From assembly GCA_965203905.1 (NCBI GenBank), contig CBDBDQ010000005.1:4448001-4512000 (forward strand): a DNA stretch of 64,000 nt, written 5' to 3'. Origin of the DNA: Spirochaetia bacterium. Its GTDB lineage: Bacteria; Spirochaetota; Spirochaetia; SZUA-6; Bin103. Within the stretch, counting starts at the first letter, position 1. Each line of letters opens with the position of its first letter. Position numbers and translations under genes: made by a program. The notes beneath the pieces are model-generated. The model did not search any database, was not told the DNA's origin, and worked only from the letters and a program-made list of their open reading frames with translations. This document shows positions 1 through 9,997 of the stretch, one piece after another.

Positions 1-1146
1 GAGCGTGGAGGCGGGCTGCTCGATGGTCTGTCCCGCCTGGATGCCCGGGCCCTGCACCAGCAGGGGTACGCGCAGGGCGGAGGCGAAGTGCATGCCCTTG
101 CCGACGAAGCCGTGGTCGCCGAGGTACTCCCCGTGATCGGCGACGAACACCACGACGGTGGACTCGGCCATGCCGGTGGCCGCGAGATGGTCGAGGATGC
201 GCCCGACGTGGTGGTCGAGGCAGGCGGTCATGCCGTAGTAGGAGGCGCGCACCGCACGCCAGGTCGCCTCGCTCACCCGCGAGTAGTCCAGCGGCGGGGT
301 ACCGATGATGCGGTCGATGCCCGGCCCCTCCGGTGGTACCTCCCACTCGCCGACGTCCAGCGCTTCGCCGCGGAAGATCGAGTCGTACCACGACGGCATG
401 TGGCGCCCGCCGTGGGGTAGGGGCGCCGGCACCGCTACGGGGTCGTACGCCGATGCCCACGGTTCGGGAACCGTGAACGGGTGGTGCGGGTCGGGAAAGC
501 TGACGTGGGCGAACAGCGGCCGCCCGTCATCGCGCACGGAGTCGAGCAACTCGATGGTGCGGTCCGCCAGGTAGTGCGAGGAGTGCAGCTCGGGGGGCAG
601 CCGGAAGCGATGCGGTCCAAGCACCGGCGTAAGTTGATGTTCCCCCTCCCGGGGCTGCGCCCGTGCGTCATCCAGGTCGACGCCCCTGGCCGCGGCATGA
701 GCCTCGTAGTCGGGGCCGAAGCAGCCGTCGCCGTGGCCGTTGACCAGGTCCACCTCCGCGAATCCGAAGTAGCCGTCGCTTCCCTCCCGCGCCATGGCCG
801 CGCGCAGCACCTCCGGCTCGGCACGCTGCGGCACCAGGTGGATCTTGCCGACCGACGCGCACCGGTAGCCGGCGCGCTGCAGGCCGTGGCCGAGGAAGCG
901 CGGATCGTCCGGCGCGTGGCAGCCCACCATGCGCGTCTTCAGCACCGACGGAAACGCCCCGGTCAGTATCGACGCGCGACTCGGCGTACAGGTCGGCTGG
1001 GTCACCACGCAATCGGCGAACCGCGCCCCTGCGGCCGCCATGCGGTCGAGGTTGGGCGTACGGCACACGGGATTGCCGTACGCCGACAGGGTATCGGCGC
1101 GCAACTCATCGGCCACGATCAGCAGGATGTTCGGTTGCATCGGCAT
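1..1146 (-). CDS. Sulfatase-family hydrolase (runs off the left edge)
   Basis: Hand translation of the minus strand: MPMQPNILLIVADELRAD...QPTCTPSRASILTG (CxPxR signature), GKIH, FPDPHHP, ADHGEYLGDHG. Absent from the ORF track because there is no stop inside the window. Confidence 0.9.
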   Translation of the reverse strand, partial: MPMQPNILLIVADELRADTLSAYGNPVCRTPNLDRMAAAGARFADCVVTQPTCTPSRASILTGAFPSVLKTRMVGCHAPDDPRFLGHGLQRAGYRCASVGKIHLVPQRAEPEVLRAAMAREGSDGYFGFAEVDLVNGHGDGCFGPDYEAHAAARGVDLDDARAQPREGEHQLTPVLGPHRFRLPPELHSSHYLADRTIELLDSVRDDGRPLFAHVSFPDPHHPFTVPEPWASAYDPVAVPAPLPHGGRHMPSWYDSIFRGEALDVGEWEVPPEGPGIDRIIGTPPLDYSRVSEATWRAVRASYYGMTACLDHHVGRILDHLAATGMAESTVVVFVADHGEYLGDHGFVGKGMHFASALRVPLLVQGPGIQAGQTIEQPASTL

Positions 1147-1164
1147 GGGCTGCCGCTGCCATCA

Positions 1165-1275
1165 TCATCTTCGCGCCGCCGGCTGTCCACTCCGACCGCA
1201 CTTGCCGAGCGTCGCGATGGTGTCCCAGCGCTGTCGGTCGGTCATGACGAACAGCACGTTCGGCTTCTCCCGCAT
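1165..1275 (-). pseudogene. Truncated sulfatase N-terminal fragment
   Basis: MREKPNVLFVMTDRQRWDTIATLGK is a typical sulfatase N-terminus; the frame stops after 36 codons. Confidence 0.6.
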
Positions 1276-1284
1276 GACCCGAGG

Positions 1285-2217
1285 CTACCTCCGGGCGGCG
1301 TGTTCAAAGACCGGTGAGTTCGCTGCGAAGAACGCCGCGTGGACGATGGCGCCGTCGAGGGTCAGGGCCTGACCGACCAGCCGCCTGTCGGCCACGCGGT
1401 ACTCGACGCCGAGTCCCACCCCCGGGGCTTGCCGACCCGGAGCCGACGCGAATCGTTGCGTGAGATCCAGCACCCGCGTGGCGGATGGGCGGCCCTTGGC
1501 GACGGGTGATTCGAGCAGGTACGAACGGATCAGCGCGGGCCAGTGAACGGCGAGCAGGTCCGGGGCGCCGAACAGGTCCATGGCCTGCACCCAGCTCCCG
1601 TGGGTGACGACGATGCCGCACTGGCCGGGCAGCGGCCCGCAGGCTGCGAGCTTCTCGACCACGGCGGTACGGGGAGGCTCGCGCCGGTGAGCCTGGCGGC
1701 GCACTTCGGCCGCTGACGCCGTGGGTGATTCCACCTGGGCACGGTCCAGCATCCGGTCGACCGCGTCCCACACCGCCGACTGGTCTCCTTCGCGGGAGCC
1801 CCTGCGCCCTATCGATTCGCTCACTCCGGCGTGCTGCGTGGCGCGTACCGTGGCGGCCGCGAACGCGTCGTCGCGGCGGTACCCCTGGCGCTCACCCCAG
1901 CGGCCCTGCTCCAGGCAGGACACCGGGATCTCCAGCTCGGATTCGGGCGGCACCAGAACGGTCGCGTTCAGGGCGCGGTTCTGCTTGCCGCCGAGGAAGT
2001 GTTCGCCCTCGACGACAAGCACCGGACGGTCGCCGGGGTTGCGCACGCGCAGGGCGTGGACAGATGCCTCGTCGAGCTCGTCGACGACAAGGCCCGCACC
2101 CTCGCCGGTGGCGATCGGCGGCAGGTCGTTGGCCGCCAGGTAGACGGGAAAGAAGGACACGCCCAAGCGGGTGATCGCTGAACCGACGGCGACGCGGTCG
2201 AGTTTCGGGATTGTCAT
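1285..2217 (-). CDS. ARPP-1 (DUF6569-like) domain protein
   Basis: Motifs V.NPGDRPVLVVEGEHFLGGKQNRALN and IPVSCLEQGRW, GDQSAVW; GGAGGT RBS precedes the ATG at 2217. Confidence 0.75.
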   Translation of the reverse strand: MTIPKLDRVAVGSAITRLGVSFFPVYLAANDLPPIATGEGAGLVVDELDEASVHALRVRNPGDRPVLVVEGEHFLGGKQNRALNATVLVPPESELEIPVSCLEQGRWGERQGYRRDDAFAAATVRATQHAGVSESIGRRGSREGDQSAVWDAVDRMLDRAQVESPTASAAEVRRQAHRREPPRTAVVEKLAACGPLPGQCGIVVTHGSWVQAMDLFGAPDLLAVHWPALIRSYLLESPVAKGRPSATRVLDLTQRFASAPGRQAPGVGLGVEYRVADRRLVGQALTLDGAIVHAAFFAANSPVFEHAARR

Positions 2218-2234
2218 GGCACCTCCGTTACCGC

Positions 2235-2291
2235 TTATTGTCGATTGAACAATAATACAGCCTGGGCTTGTGATTGTCAACTCGACAATAT
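2235..2291. promoter_or_regulatory. Two 21-bp NrtR-type operator palindromes
   Basis: TTATTGTCGATTGAACAATAA (2235-2255) and TGATTGTCAACTCGACAATAT (2271-2291); both have the GT-N7-AC core with AT-rich arms and lie between divergent genes. Confidence 0.75.
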
Positions 2292-2302
2292 ATAGTTCCT
2301 TC

Positions 2303-3127
2303 GTGGGCCCGAGCGCGTCATCGGACTACGATCCTCGTGGTTTCCCTCCGTTTGCCGTCACCGTGGACGTGGCGGTGTTTACCATCAGGGACGATGCACT
2401 ACAGTTGTTGCTGGTCCGACGGGCGGAAGAACCGCACCGAGGAGACCTTGCTCTCCCGGGTGGGTTCGTGAAGCCGGACGAGGACCTGGATGATGCAGCG
2501 GCCCGGGAGTTGGCCGAGGAGACCGGTCTCCGGGACGAGTCCCGCCACCTGGAGCAACTCGGAAGCTACGGCGCACCGGATCGCGACCCCCGCATGCGGG
2601 TGGTCACCGTCGCCTACTGGGCGATCTGCGCCGATCTGCCAGCGCCGCAAGCCGGAGGTGACGCCGCGTCCGCGATCCTGGTGCCGGTGAAGGAGATCGA
2701 GTCGCGCGGTGTCCGCTTGGCATTCGACCACGAACGAATAGTCAGGGACGCCGTCGAGCGGACGCGGTCCAAGCTGGAGTACACGGCCCTGGCGGCGAAG
2801 TTCTGCCCGCCGAAATTCACGATCGCCGAGTTGCGCCGGGTCTACGAGGCGGTGTGGAACACACACCTCGACCCGGGCAACTTCCAGCGTAACGTCCAGG
2901 AGAGCGGCGCTTTCAAGAAACAGGGCATGCCGGAACCCTCCTTCCGGACCCGCCGTGGACGACGTGCGGCACTCTGGTCCGTCCGCGGGCCAATCTCAGA
3001 TGGCGACCGGTCCGCTGTCCCGTTGCACAGAGCACTCGCCAGACGACGGCATCCGGCTGTACCGCCGGACGACCCGTCCGAAAGCCACGGCGGCCAGCCC
3101 CCGGCGAAGGACGAGGAGACCCTATAG
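2303..3127 (+). CDS. nrtR: NrtR-family regulator (Nudix domain + winged helix)
   Basis: VTVDVAVFT, Nudix box GGFVKPDEDLDDAAARELAEETG, RDPRMRVVTVAY, LAFDH, FTIAELRRVYE...DPGNFQR. GTG 2303 preferred because the ORF-track start at 2270 lies in the operator. Confidence 0.85.
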   Translation: MGPSASSDYDPRGFPPFAVTVDVAVFTIRDDALQLLLVRRAEEPHRGDLALPGGFVKPDEDLDDAAARELAEETGLRDESRHLEQLGSYGAPDRDPRMRVVTVAYWAICADLPAPQAGGDAASAILVPVKEIESRGVRLAFDHERIVRDAVERTRSKLEYTALAAKFCPPKFTIAELRRVYEAVWNTHLDPGNFQRNVQESGAFKKQGMPEPSFRTRRGRRAALWSVRGPISDGDRSAVPLHRALARRRHPAVPPDDPSESHGGQPPAKDEETL

Positions 3128-3621
3128 GCTGAACCGACGGCGCAGGTCATTCCTGTCTACCGAGTCCACCGGTGCACCGGCCGAGCGCGGGCCTTGCTGA
3201 CGTTCTCGCGTAGTCCGGCCGAGCTGTTTGCCCTCTACTCGCCGGCCGAGTTTTTTCTCGAGCGGAGTCGTAGGCTGCGCAGACCTTGCGCGTAAGCGCG
3301 GTCAATTCATCTCGATGCTGCTTCCATGCATCTATCGTTGGTAGCGAGAACTTGAACTCATCGCTGATCGACCCGATGTGCGGTGCGTTCGAGGCGTACT
3401 TTGTCTCGAATATGAAGCCTGATTCTTGAGTTCTTCAAACGCGCTGGTTGACGCGAGATGAACGGCTATCGGATGGTAGCCTACCTTGATGCCGTCCGTG
3501 CTTTCGATGGATTGACCACGCGAGCGCACAATGGATTGGCACCGTCGGCTGGTCCTGGGTGGCGCCGGCCGCGCCGGTCACGTCGCCTCCTGCGGACCGC
3601 TCAATCGGGGCTTTCCATGGA

Positions 3622-3966
3622 TTACTCGCGAATCCTGAGCCGTCCCGGTTCCATGGTAACGATCGCTCCCGTTACGAGGTCGTCGCCATGAACGTCGAGT
3701 GCCTGCTGACATGTGGCTGCATGCTTTCGTGCCGGAAACCCGACTATCCGCAGTATCCCGCCGTGCGGCCGTTCGTGGACGATAGCCAGCTCACCGAAGT
3801 CTTTGTCCAATGTTGCCAGGACACGTTGCTCACGATGGGCGATGGCGAGAATCTCATCATCTCCAGGATCCTGTTGCCAGTCACCCGCCCACACGACATC
3901 GTGCCCTCCTGCCCTCAGCTCAGGTACGGCACCGCCCCAGATGCAGGTATCCAGGAGCAGCTTCAT
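3622..3966 (-). CDS. DUF5615 PIN-like toxin
   Basis: MKLLLDTCI...DDEILAIAHREQRVLATLDKDFGEL; ATGA overlap with the upstream DUF433 gene. Confidence 0.85.
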   Translation of the reverse strand: MKLLLDTCIWGGAVPELRAGGHDVVWAGDWQQDPGDDEILAIAHREQRVLATLDKDFGELAIVHERPHGGILRIVGFPARKHAATCQQALDVHGDDLVTGAIVTMEPGRLRIRE

Positions 3967-4214
3967 CCATCTCCCGGTACCAGGAGAGGCTCGACTCGTT
4001 CGCGGCCCACGAGGCGACGGGCATAAACCAGACAGGCGAGAATGTCCTCGCGCTCCAACCACGGGTAACCCTGGAGCAGGGTTTCGTGATCATCACCGGC
4101 TGCCAGCATACCCAGGACATGTTCGACCGCTAAGCGGCGACCTCGAATGATCGGTTTGCCCCCATAGATCCGTGGATCGACGGAGATTCTTTCCAGGAGG
4201 TCGGCTTCGTTCAC
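3963..4214 (-). CDS. DUF433 antitoxin
   Basis: RISVDPRIYGGKPIIRGRRLAVEHVLGMLAAG...YPWLEREDILACLVYA. Confidence 0.9.
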   Translation of the reverse strand: MNEADLLERISVDPRIYGGKPIIRGRRLAVEHVLGMLAAGDDHETLLQGYPWLEREDILACLVYARRLVGRERVEPLLVPGDG

Positions 4215-4337
4215 GGCAGTCTCGAACCACGATTCTTGACAGGTGCAGCGCAATTGTCAACGGTCCTTACGCGAGCACGATCCGGTTACGTCGAGACGGC
4301 GCTGGGCTGAGCATCCGCGACGTGGTTGCCGGCGTGC

Positions 4338-4451
4338 CGGCTGGCGCGGCAGTTCCCGGAGGTGGAATTCAAGGGTGTGGCGCTGGTGTTCCGCGGCTGG
4401 GACCTGGTGCACAGTGAAGAGGTGGCGGCCGTCGACGCTGCCGGTGCGTAG
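4338..4451 (+). pseudogene. Orphan C-terminal fragment of an AAA-ATPase-like/PD-(D/E)XK protein
   Basis: RLARQFPEVEFKGVALVFRGWDLVHSEEV resembles the C-terminus of that family as I recall it; no start codon or upstream body. Confidence 0.45.
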
Positions 4452-4456
4452 GCTGG

Positions 4457-5752
4457 CTATGGCCTGGCGCCAGGGGCAGCAGGGTCGCCGGCGAGCTTGT
4501 AGAGCGCGAAGTTGGACCAGCCCGGGCCGTGCTCGTCCGAGTCGGCAAACACCGCGAAGCCGCCGTCGCGCGTCGGCAGCACGAACTCGGCGGCGTTGTT
4601 GGCGTGCGGCGAGCCGTAGCTCTCCTGCCACTGCACCGTTCCGGCCTCCGTCACTCGCACCACGTAGGCGCGCCAGGTGTTGAGCGGATCGTCGGGACGT
4701 GCCTCGTTGCCCGGCTCGACGCCGCTGCCGCAGGCGGTGATGAAGCCTCCGCCGGGCACCGCCCGCACCCCGTAGCACTCCTCGAACATCCGCTCCGGCG
4801 CGCCGCCGTTGGGCTCGCCGAACGACAGGTTCCAGAGTTCCCTGCCGGCCGCATCGACACGCACCAGCCAGCCGTCCCAGCAGCCGTCGGGGCAGGTCGC
4901 CAGGTGCCCGGCGAGGATGAAGCCGCCGTCCGGGGCGGCGTCGAAGTCGTAGGGATGCGAGGTGCCGGTGCCGTAGGTGATCGGCGCGGCGGTGTGGCCG
5001 TCCCGGTCGCTGAAGGCGAGGCAGAACACGGTCTGCTCGGCGCGCCCGCGGCAGGCGCCGAACACGGCGTAGCCGGGCGCGCCGGTCCTCGGCAGCACGC
5101 GGAGGGGCTGGAACAGGGTGGCGGCAGTGGTGCGCTCCCAGATCGGGTCCAGGTCGGCGTCCAGCTTCATGATGAAGCCGCTGCCGGTGTCGACCAGGAA
5201 GGAGGTGAGCTCGTCCTGCGCGGCGCCGCGGTAGCCGACCGCCACGATGGTGCCGTCGGCGTTCAGCGTGATGCCCTCGATGGCGTCGCGCCCCGCCGCC
5301 GGGTAGGTGCGCTGCGCCGCCACCTCGCCGTTGCCGGTGACCCGCAGCAGCACCCGATCCTCCTGCACCGCGCCCGTACCGGCATCCCAGGAGCCGGCGG
5401 CCAGGAAACTGCCGGCCGCTTCCTGCAGCACGGAGTTGCCGAGGTTGAAGCGGCCCTCCCCGTACGACCGCGCGAACCGCAACGCACCGCGTTCGTCCGT
5501 GCGCACCACGAAGATGCGACTGCCGGCATGGCCGGCGGTCTCCCCGACGATCACGTAGCCGCCGTCGCGCGCCTGGATCGCCGCGTGCGGGTGCTCCTCG
5601 GTCTCCGCTCCGCCGTAGCCGTGCACCCACTGCACCCGCGGGCCGCCGCCGGGGGAGGCGACGCCCTGGTTCGCTGCCAGGAGCACCGTCAGTCCGAGCG
5701 CGGCGAGACGCGCAGCGTTGCGCATGACGGCCCTGACGTTAACGCACTTCAA
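4457..5752 (-). CDS. Secreted beta-propeller-like repeat protein
   Basis: Signal-peptide-like N-terminus; recurring DGGYVIVG / DGGFILAG / DGGFAVFA units with W.x.xYG motifs. Start uncertain. Confidence 0.65.
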   Translation of the reverse strand: MKCVNVRAVMRNAARLAALGLTVLLAANQGVASPGGGPRVQWVHGYGGAETEEHPHAAIQARDGGYVIVGETAGHAGSRIFVVRTDERGALRFARSYGEGRFNLGNSVLQEAAGSFLAAGSWDAGTGAVQEDRVLLRVTGNGEVAAQRTYPAAGRDAIEGITLNADGTIVAVGYRGAAQDELTSFLVDTGSGFIMKLDADLDPIWERTTAATLFQPLRVLPRTGAPGYAVFGACRGRAEQTVFCLAFSDRDGHTAAPITYGTGTSHPYDFDAAPDGGFILAGHLATCPDGCWDGWLVRVDAAGRELWNLSFGEPNGGAPERMFEECYGVRAVPGGGFITACGSGVEPGNEARPDDPLNTWRAYVVRVTEAGTVQWQESYGSPHANNAAEFVLPTRDGGFAVFADSDEHGPGWSNFALYKLAGDPAAPGARP

Positions 5753-5790
5753 TCAGGCTTGGCGACCTGCGATTGCACCTGCCGTAAAGG

Positions 5791-6714
5791 TCAGGACGCC
5801 GCCGCCGACCGCAGCGGGACATAAAGGTCGGTCAACAGATCCTCGGATGCGGTGTCAGACGGCATGTTGCGATAGACTTCCATGCACGGCCTGTCGCTCA
5901 GCTCCTCGCCGCTCTGTGGAAGCCACAATCCGAACAGGCGCCGATACGCCTCGGGAATGCCGTCGTAGGGGCCACGATGCGTATACACGGCGTAGCGGCC
6001 GGCTTCGAGCTTGTCGAGCGAGATGCCGGGCGGCGGAGATGCGTCGGTACGCAATTCGACGCACGCATCGGAGCGCAGGCTCTCCGTCGCCACGGCGTCC
6101 GGGTCGTCGTAGGAGAGACTCAGGACACGGCCGGGTCGCGCACCGATGCTCGCCGCCCACTGGAACAGCCGCTCGAAGCAGCCTCCCACCTCGTTGTACG
6201 GACCGACATGACGGATGCAGGCCACGTCGATGTCGTCAAGGTTCTCGATACGAACTTCCATGTTGGTGCCTCCACTTGGGGGATCGAATTCCACGCGCTC
6301 CTCACCCGGGTAGTATCTGACCCTCGCGACCGGACTGCTGAACGATGGCGATGGCCAGGCCTTGCGGTAGCGGCTGGGACTCATCCCGCAGCCGCGGCTG
6401 AACGCTCGCGAGAACGCTTCTTCCGAGCTGTAGCCGGCATCGAGGGCCACCTCGATCACATCGACCGACTCGTGGCGCAGCCGGTGGCCGGCACGCTCGA
6501 GGCGCAATCTCCGTACCAACGCGGTGATCGATTCGCCGGTCATGGCGCGGAACATGCGCTGGCAGTGAAAGCGCGAGAACGCCGCCTGGGCCGCTACTTC
6601 CTCAATCGAGCAGGGGCGGTCCAGACGCGGCACTATGAAGTCGAGAGCGCGGACGAGCCTGCGCGAGTAGTCCTGGGCGGTAGCGGAACGCACGGGAGCA
6701 CTATTGCACGACAC
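5791..6714 (-). CDS. AraC-family regulator with GyrI-like domain
   Basis: AAFSRFHCQRMF, VALDAGYSSEEAFSRAF, then RHVGPY...YDDP...GRYAVYTHRGPY. Confidence 0.9.
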   Translation of the reverse strand: MSCNSAPVRSATAQDYSRRLVRALDFIVPRLDRPCSIEEVAAQAAFSRFHCQRMFRAMTGESITALVRRLRLERAGHRLRHESVDVIEVALDAGYSSEEAFSRAFSRGCGMSPSRYRKAWPSPSFSSPVARVRYYPGEERVEFDPPSGGTNMEVRIENLDDIDVACIRHVGPYNEVGGCFERLFQWAASIGARPGRVLSLSYDDPDAVATESLRSDACVELRTDASPPPGISLDKLEAGRYAVYTHRGPYDGIPEAYRRLFGLWLPQSGEELSDRPCMEVYRNMPSDTASEDLLTDLYVPLRSAAAS

Positions 6715-6856
6715 CGGCGTTCGTACCTGATCGTACGTGCGCGTTTCGAAAGGGAAAGGAGGCGCAGCCGGGGAGCAGCCCGGAGTGAGGCGTTTGTAGC
6801 TCTATGTAGCTACATCGGGCGCAGTATTTCCAGTCCCCGCCGCGCGGGGGTGGAGG

Positions 6857-9800
6857 TCAGCCGTGCTGCAGGATCTCTTCGATGGCCAGCAGGTTGTCGC
6901 CCAGCTCGGTGTTGGCCTGCTCCAGCTTGTCGCGGCTGGAGACGACGCACACGGCGCTGCGCGGGAAGCCCGCGGCGAGGGTCTGCTCCAGGGCCCGCTG
7001 CACCTCGGCGGCGGTGGTGGCCCTGAGCCGTTCGTGGCGCGCCTCGCGCATCTCGGGGGTGATGCCGGCCAGGTGGCGTTGCAGCGCGAGGCCGGTGGCG
7101 GGACGCGGCCGCAACGGGGTGAAGCCGCGCTTGGCCACGGCGATGATGGCGCGTCCGATGTCGGTCTCGCTCCAGCTCGCCTTGGCCACGAAGTCGCGGC
7201 TGCGGCCGAACACGTCCAGGGTGCGGGTGATGTGGGGGTCGCGGTAGGAACCCAGCCCCAGCGAGCCACCGAGCGCGTCGTAGCGGAACCAGGCGCCGTA
7301 GGCGTTGCCCTTGAAGCGGATCTCCGGAAGGATCCAGTCCAGGTTGACGATGTGCGCGCCCACTTCCAGCGCCACCGCCTCCGGCTGCGAGAAGTGCGGC
7401 GCGGGCATCACCTGGGCGCAGTAGGCCACGTGCATCTGGGCCGCGAGCCCTTCCCGCGGCGGGGTGGCGTAGGGCATAAAGCCGAGCTCGGCGTCGGTGA
7501 CCGGCTCGTCCCGCAGGCGACTGCCCCAGCTCGCCAGCGCCGCGTTGACGCAAGTGGCGCCGTGCTCGGTGCCGGTGTGGCTCACCGTCAGCCGTCCGCG
7601 CGCCAGCAGGAAGTCGCGGATCCGCTCGATGCGGTCCATCAGCGCCGTGTGCTCCGCGTCGAACGAGCCGGTCAGCCGCTCGCAGAGCGCCAACTGCGGG
7701 AGCCCGTTCGCGATCTCCGCCAGGTGTCCCTCCAGGTCGAGGCCGCGCCCGGCGTGCAGGCTCGCGGTACGGGCACCGTTGCGCACGAGTCCGGTGCGAT
7801 AGCGCATGCGGGATTGCACCAGCACTTCCTGCAGCCGCGCACGGTCGCGCGGGTCGACGGAGAACACCACGCTGTCGAGGATCGCCAGTGCCTCCTCGAT
7901 CTGGTCATCGAGCGCCTTCAGACTGAAGCGTACTCCGCGCAGGGTGCGGGCGGCCTCCACACTGTGAGCTCCCAGTGACAGCGAAGCGCCGATCCCGCCG
8001 GTGGCCGCCGCCTTGCGCCGCGCCACCTCCTCGTAGCCGGCGCCCTCGGTGCCGAGCTTGGCGGTGGCGTCCAGGTAGCGCGGCAGGTAGGGCCACAGTT
8101 CCGCGGGCAGGCCCGTGAGGTCGAAGTCCAGCACCAGGTAATTGACGCCATTGGAGAACACGTCGTTGCGCAGCAGCGTAATCCCCGCCACGTCGCTTAC
8201 CGTGGTGGCGACGTGCTGCAGCGCCGCCGGCAGATCGTCCACGCTGAGTTGCGGCAGGCTGGCGAGCTGCGCCGCGGTGTTGGGCGTGCTGTTGAGCTGC
8301 TCCAACTCCGCGGCGTCGGCCGCCGTCTGGGCAATCTGCGCCTCGGTCATGCCGCCCTCGATCTGCCGCACGCGCTCCGTCAGCCGTTGGTCGAGACGCG
8401 GCTGCATGGTGCGGTCGGGGCCCATCACCAGGTTCAGGCGATGCGGGTTTTCCACCAGCCGCTCGCGCAGCAGGCGGGCAAACAGGTCCGGCTCCGTTTC
8501 CCAACGCTCGCGGCAGGTGGCAAGATGGGTGCCGAGACGCAGGAAGCTCAGCGCATCCTCGCCGTAGATCCAGCTTCCCACGACCCGGAACAGGGTGTGC
8601 AACGGGAACATGGGTTGCACTTCGAGGTATTCGAAGGTGGCCTGGCGGAACGCGGTCTCCACCATCTCGGCGCTGATGCCGCCGTCGGCGATGTCCTGCA
8701 GCGTGGTGTCGACCAGCTCGCGGAAGCGGCCCGCCCGGTCGCCCTCGCTGCCGCGGATGCCGATCACGAAGGTGGCCTCGCGCCCCACCGAGGAACTTCC
8801 GGAGTAGGTGAGATCGGCCCCCAACTTCGACTGTACCACCGCCTTGCGCAGCGGTGCCGCCTCGTTGCCCGCAAGGATCAGCGACAGGATGCGCATCAGG
8901 ACGGCGTCGACCGGATCGAGCGCGTCGCCGGTCAGCCAGGCGTTCACCAGGAAGGTCCGCTCCGCGTCCGGCTCGCCGCTGCCGATGGGGTAGCTCTCGT
9001 GCAGCACGCGCGGCTCGCTCCAGCGGTGCTGGCGCGTAGGGGCGAAGCGGGTGCTGCCGGCCGCTTCCGGCCAGGTGACCGGGCGCCGGCTGAAGCCGCT
9101 CAGCCGCTCGCCCAGGAAACGGCAGTAGTCGGCGGTGGCGATATCGCCGTAGGCGAAGAAGTAGGCGTTGCTCGGGTGGTAGTAGGTGGCGTGGTAGCGG
9201 CGAAAGAACTCGTAGGTAAGGTCGGGGATCGCCTCCGGCGTGCCGCCGCTTTCGTGGGAGTAGATGGTGTCGGGCAGCAGGCTGTGGTTGAGCAGCCGTC
9301 CGAGACGCGCTTCCGGGTCGGAGAAGGCGCCCTTCATCTCGTTGTACACGATGCCGCTGATCGCGAGCCGGGTGGCGCCGTTGCTGCCGCCGTTCGCGCC
9401 CTGCGGCGGAGCAAGGTGATGGCCCTCGCGACGGAAGGTCTGCTCGGTCAGCAGCGGATGGAAGGTGGCGTCGAAATACACCTCGGCCAGGTTGAACAGG
9501 TCCTTGGGCACGTTGCTGGCCACCGGGTAGTAGGTGCTGTCCTCACCGGTCATGGCGTTGATGAAGGTCGCCATGCTCATCTTGATCATCTCGAAGAACG
9601 GCTCGCGGACCGGAAAGCGCCGCGAGCCGGCCAGCACGCAGTGCTCCAGTATGTGCGACACGCCGGTGTCGTCGGGCGGCGGGGTCGGAAAGCTCACCGA
9701 GAACAGGTTCTCCGGGTCGGCGGTGTGCAGGTGCAGCAGCCGCGCGCCGCTGGCCGGGTGCTGCAGCAGGTAGGCGACGGAGCGCACCTCCGGGACCGGC

Positions 9801-9871
9801 GTGGCGCTCTGCAGGCGAAACCCGTGCAGCTCGGTGCCGGGATCATGAGTGACGGATGGTGTCTGTGACAT
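6857..9871 (-). CDS. M16C metallopeptidase (presequence protease PreP-like)
   Basis: Inverted zincin HILEH, FINAMT, GIVYNEMKG, IRFKGNAYG, SYRDP; 1004 aa. Confidence 0.92.
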   Translation of the reverse strand: MSQTPSVTHDPGTELHGFRLQSATPVPEVRSVAYLLQHPASGARLLHLHTADPENLFSVSFPTPPPDDTGVSHILEHCVLAGSRRFPVREPFFEMIKMSMATFINAMTGEDSTYYPVASNVPKDLFNLAEVYFDATFHPLLTEQTFRREGHHLAPPQGANGGSNGATRLAISGIVYNEMKGAFSDPEARLGRLLNHSLLPDTIYSHESGGTPEAIPDLTYEFFRRYHATYYHPSNAYFFAYGDIATADYCRFLGERLSGFSRRPVTWPEAAGSTRFAPTRQHRWSEPRVLHESYPIGSGEPDAERTFLVNAWLTGDALDPVDAVLMRILSLILAGNEAAPLRKAVVQSKLGADLTYSGSSSVGREATFVIGIRGSEGDRAGRFRELVDTTLQDIADGGISAEMVETAFRQATFEYLEVQPMFPLHTLFRVVGSWIYGEDALSFLRLGTHLATCRERWETEPDLFARLLRERLVENPHRLNLVMGPDRTMQPRLDQRLTERVRQIEGGMTEAQIAQTAADAAELEQLNSTPNTAAQLASLPQLSVDDLPAALQHVATTVSDVAGITLLRNDVFSNGVNYLVLDFDLTGLPAELWPYLPRYLDATAKLGTEGAGYEEVARRKAAATGGIGASLSLGAHSVEAARTLRGVRFSLKALDDQIEEALAILDSVVFSVDPRDRARLQEVLVQSRMRYRTGLVRNGARTASLHAGRGLDLEGHLAEIANGLPQLALCERLTGSFDAEHTALMDRIERIRDFLLARGRLTVSHTGTEHGATCVNAALASWGSRLRDEPVTDAELGFMPYATPPREGLAAQMHVAYCAQVMPAPHFSQPEAVALEVGAHIVNLDWILPEIRFKGNAYGAWFRYDALGGSLGLGSYRDPHITRTLDVFGRSRDFVAKASWSETDIGRAIIAVAKRGFTPLRPRPATGLALQRHLAGITPEMREARHERLRATTAAEVQRALEQTLAAGFPRSAVCVVSSRDKLEQANTELGDNLLAIEEILQHG

Positions 9872-9997
9872 GAGGATACCGGCTACGGTATTGCCTTACC
9901 CGGCGTCTTGCAACAGGCCGGTCCAGGCGTGCCGGACTGGCGCGGCGGCGCGGGTGACCCTGTCGTCGGTACTCAAGCTGCGTTGTAAGTATTCGGT

